Source: Trichoplax adhaerens (lineage: Eukaryota; Animalia; Placozoa). From it: DNA of 7,550 bases. Of this stretch, positions 7,143 to 7,550 are shown piece after piece (within the stretch, counting starts at the first letter, position 1; each line of letters opens with the position of its first letter). The stretch covers positions 1 to 7,550 of the forward strand of contig NW_002061061.1 of assembly GCF_000150275.1 (NCBI RefSeq), in the 5' to 3' direction. Both the position numbers and the translations under genes were made by a program. Under the pieces are notes generated by a model that was given only the letters and a program-made list of their open reading frames with translations, was not told where the DNA came from and ran no database searches.

Positions 7143-7550
7143 TGTCACAAACCCAGCTTTGTGACAAGGATAACGTAAAACAAATCTCTAAATTACTATG
7201 GTCTCCGGGATTCAGTATCCCTTAACTACCTCACAAGAATTTAGACGCCTTTGATTCTACGTTAAACTCAACTAGACAATTGAGAACTACTTTATTCAAC
7301 TATCTGACGGGCTTATATACCCTTCTACAGCAGCTAACATTCATGAGTCATCTTATAAAATTACTTAGGTTAGAACATCTACTAACTAATTTTTCGCAGT
7401 CGGATTACAATATGTCCATTCCCAGAATCATTTCAGTGCACATTACAGCACAACATTAAATTTACTGTAACACATTTATAATTAGAGTAATTTGTATTGT
7501 AAGTAACTAGTTGTAATATATTATCACTATATTATATTAACCAAATTAGA
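7143..7550 (-). mobile_element. Second LTR-like element, related to 6264-6622; right boundary not seen in window
   Basis: Begins TGTCACA immediately after TGTTCCAC and has a terminal hairpin. It shares the block TTGA(A)GAACTA(A)CTTTATT-n-TTATATAC(T/C)(T/C)TTC (7280-7325 vs 6331-6376). No closing CA+TCCAC is visible. Confidence 0.7.

Noticed and set aside
612-7550. 5S rRNA, tRNA, Pol I promoter or 18S start within the spacer
   Set aside because: No recognisable motifs were found on either strand.

Overview
Eukaryotic rDNA region with no credible protein-coding gene. Bases 1-611 are the 3' end of a 25S/28S LSU rRNA gene (+ strand). The rest is an AT-rich 3'-ETS/intergenic spacer built from a repeated module: a truncated 28S 3' end, a T-rich leader, then an array of TGTTCCACATAG-core subrepeats with 25/35/50/51/55-bp periods. 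The 28S 3' tip recurs four more times (1893, 3531, 4329, 6851), and a 529-N assembly gap lies at 1364-1892. The distal part is decayed and carries insertions. One is a 692-bp segment bounded by inverted repeats, with a perfect 24-bp palindrome at its exact centre. Two are related TG...CA LTR-like elements that sit at the same nucleotide of the TGTTCCAC repeat core and carry a covarying terminal hairpin. These two are the most interesting signal: a possible retroelement family targeting rDNA spacer repeats. The host lineage cannot be determined from the sequence alone.
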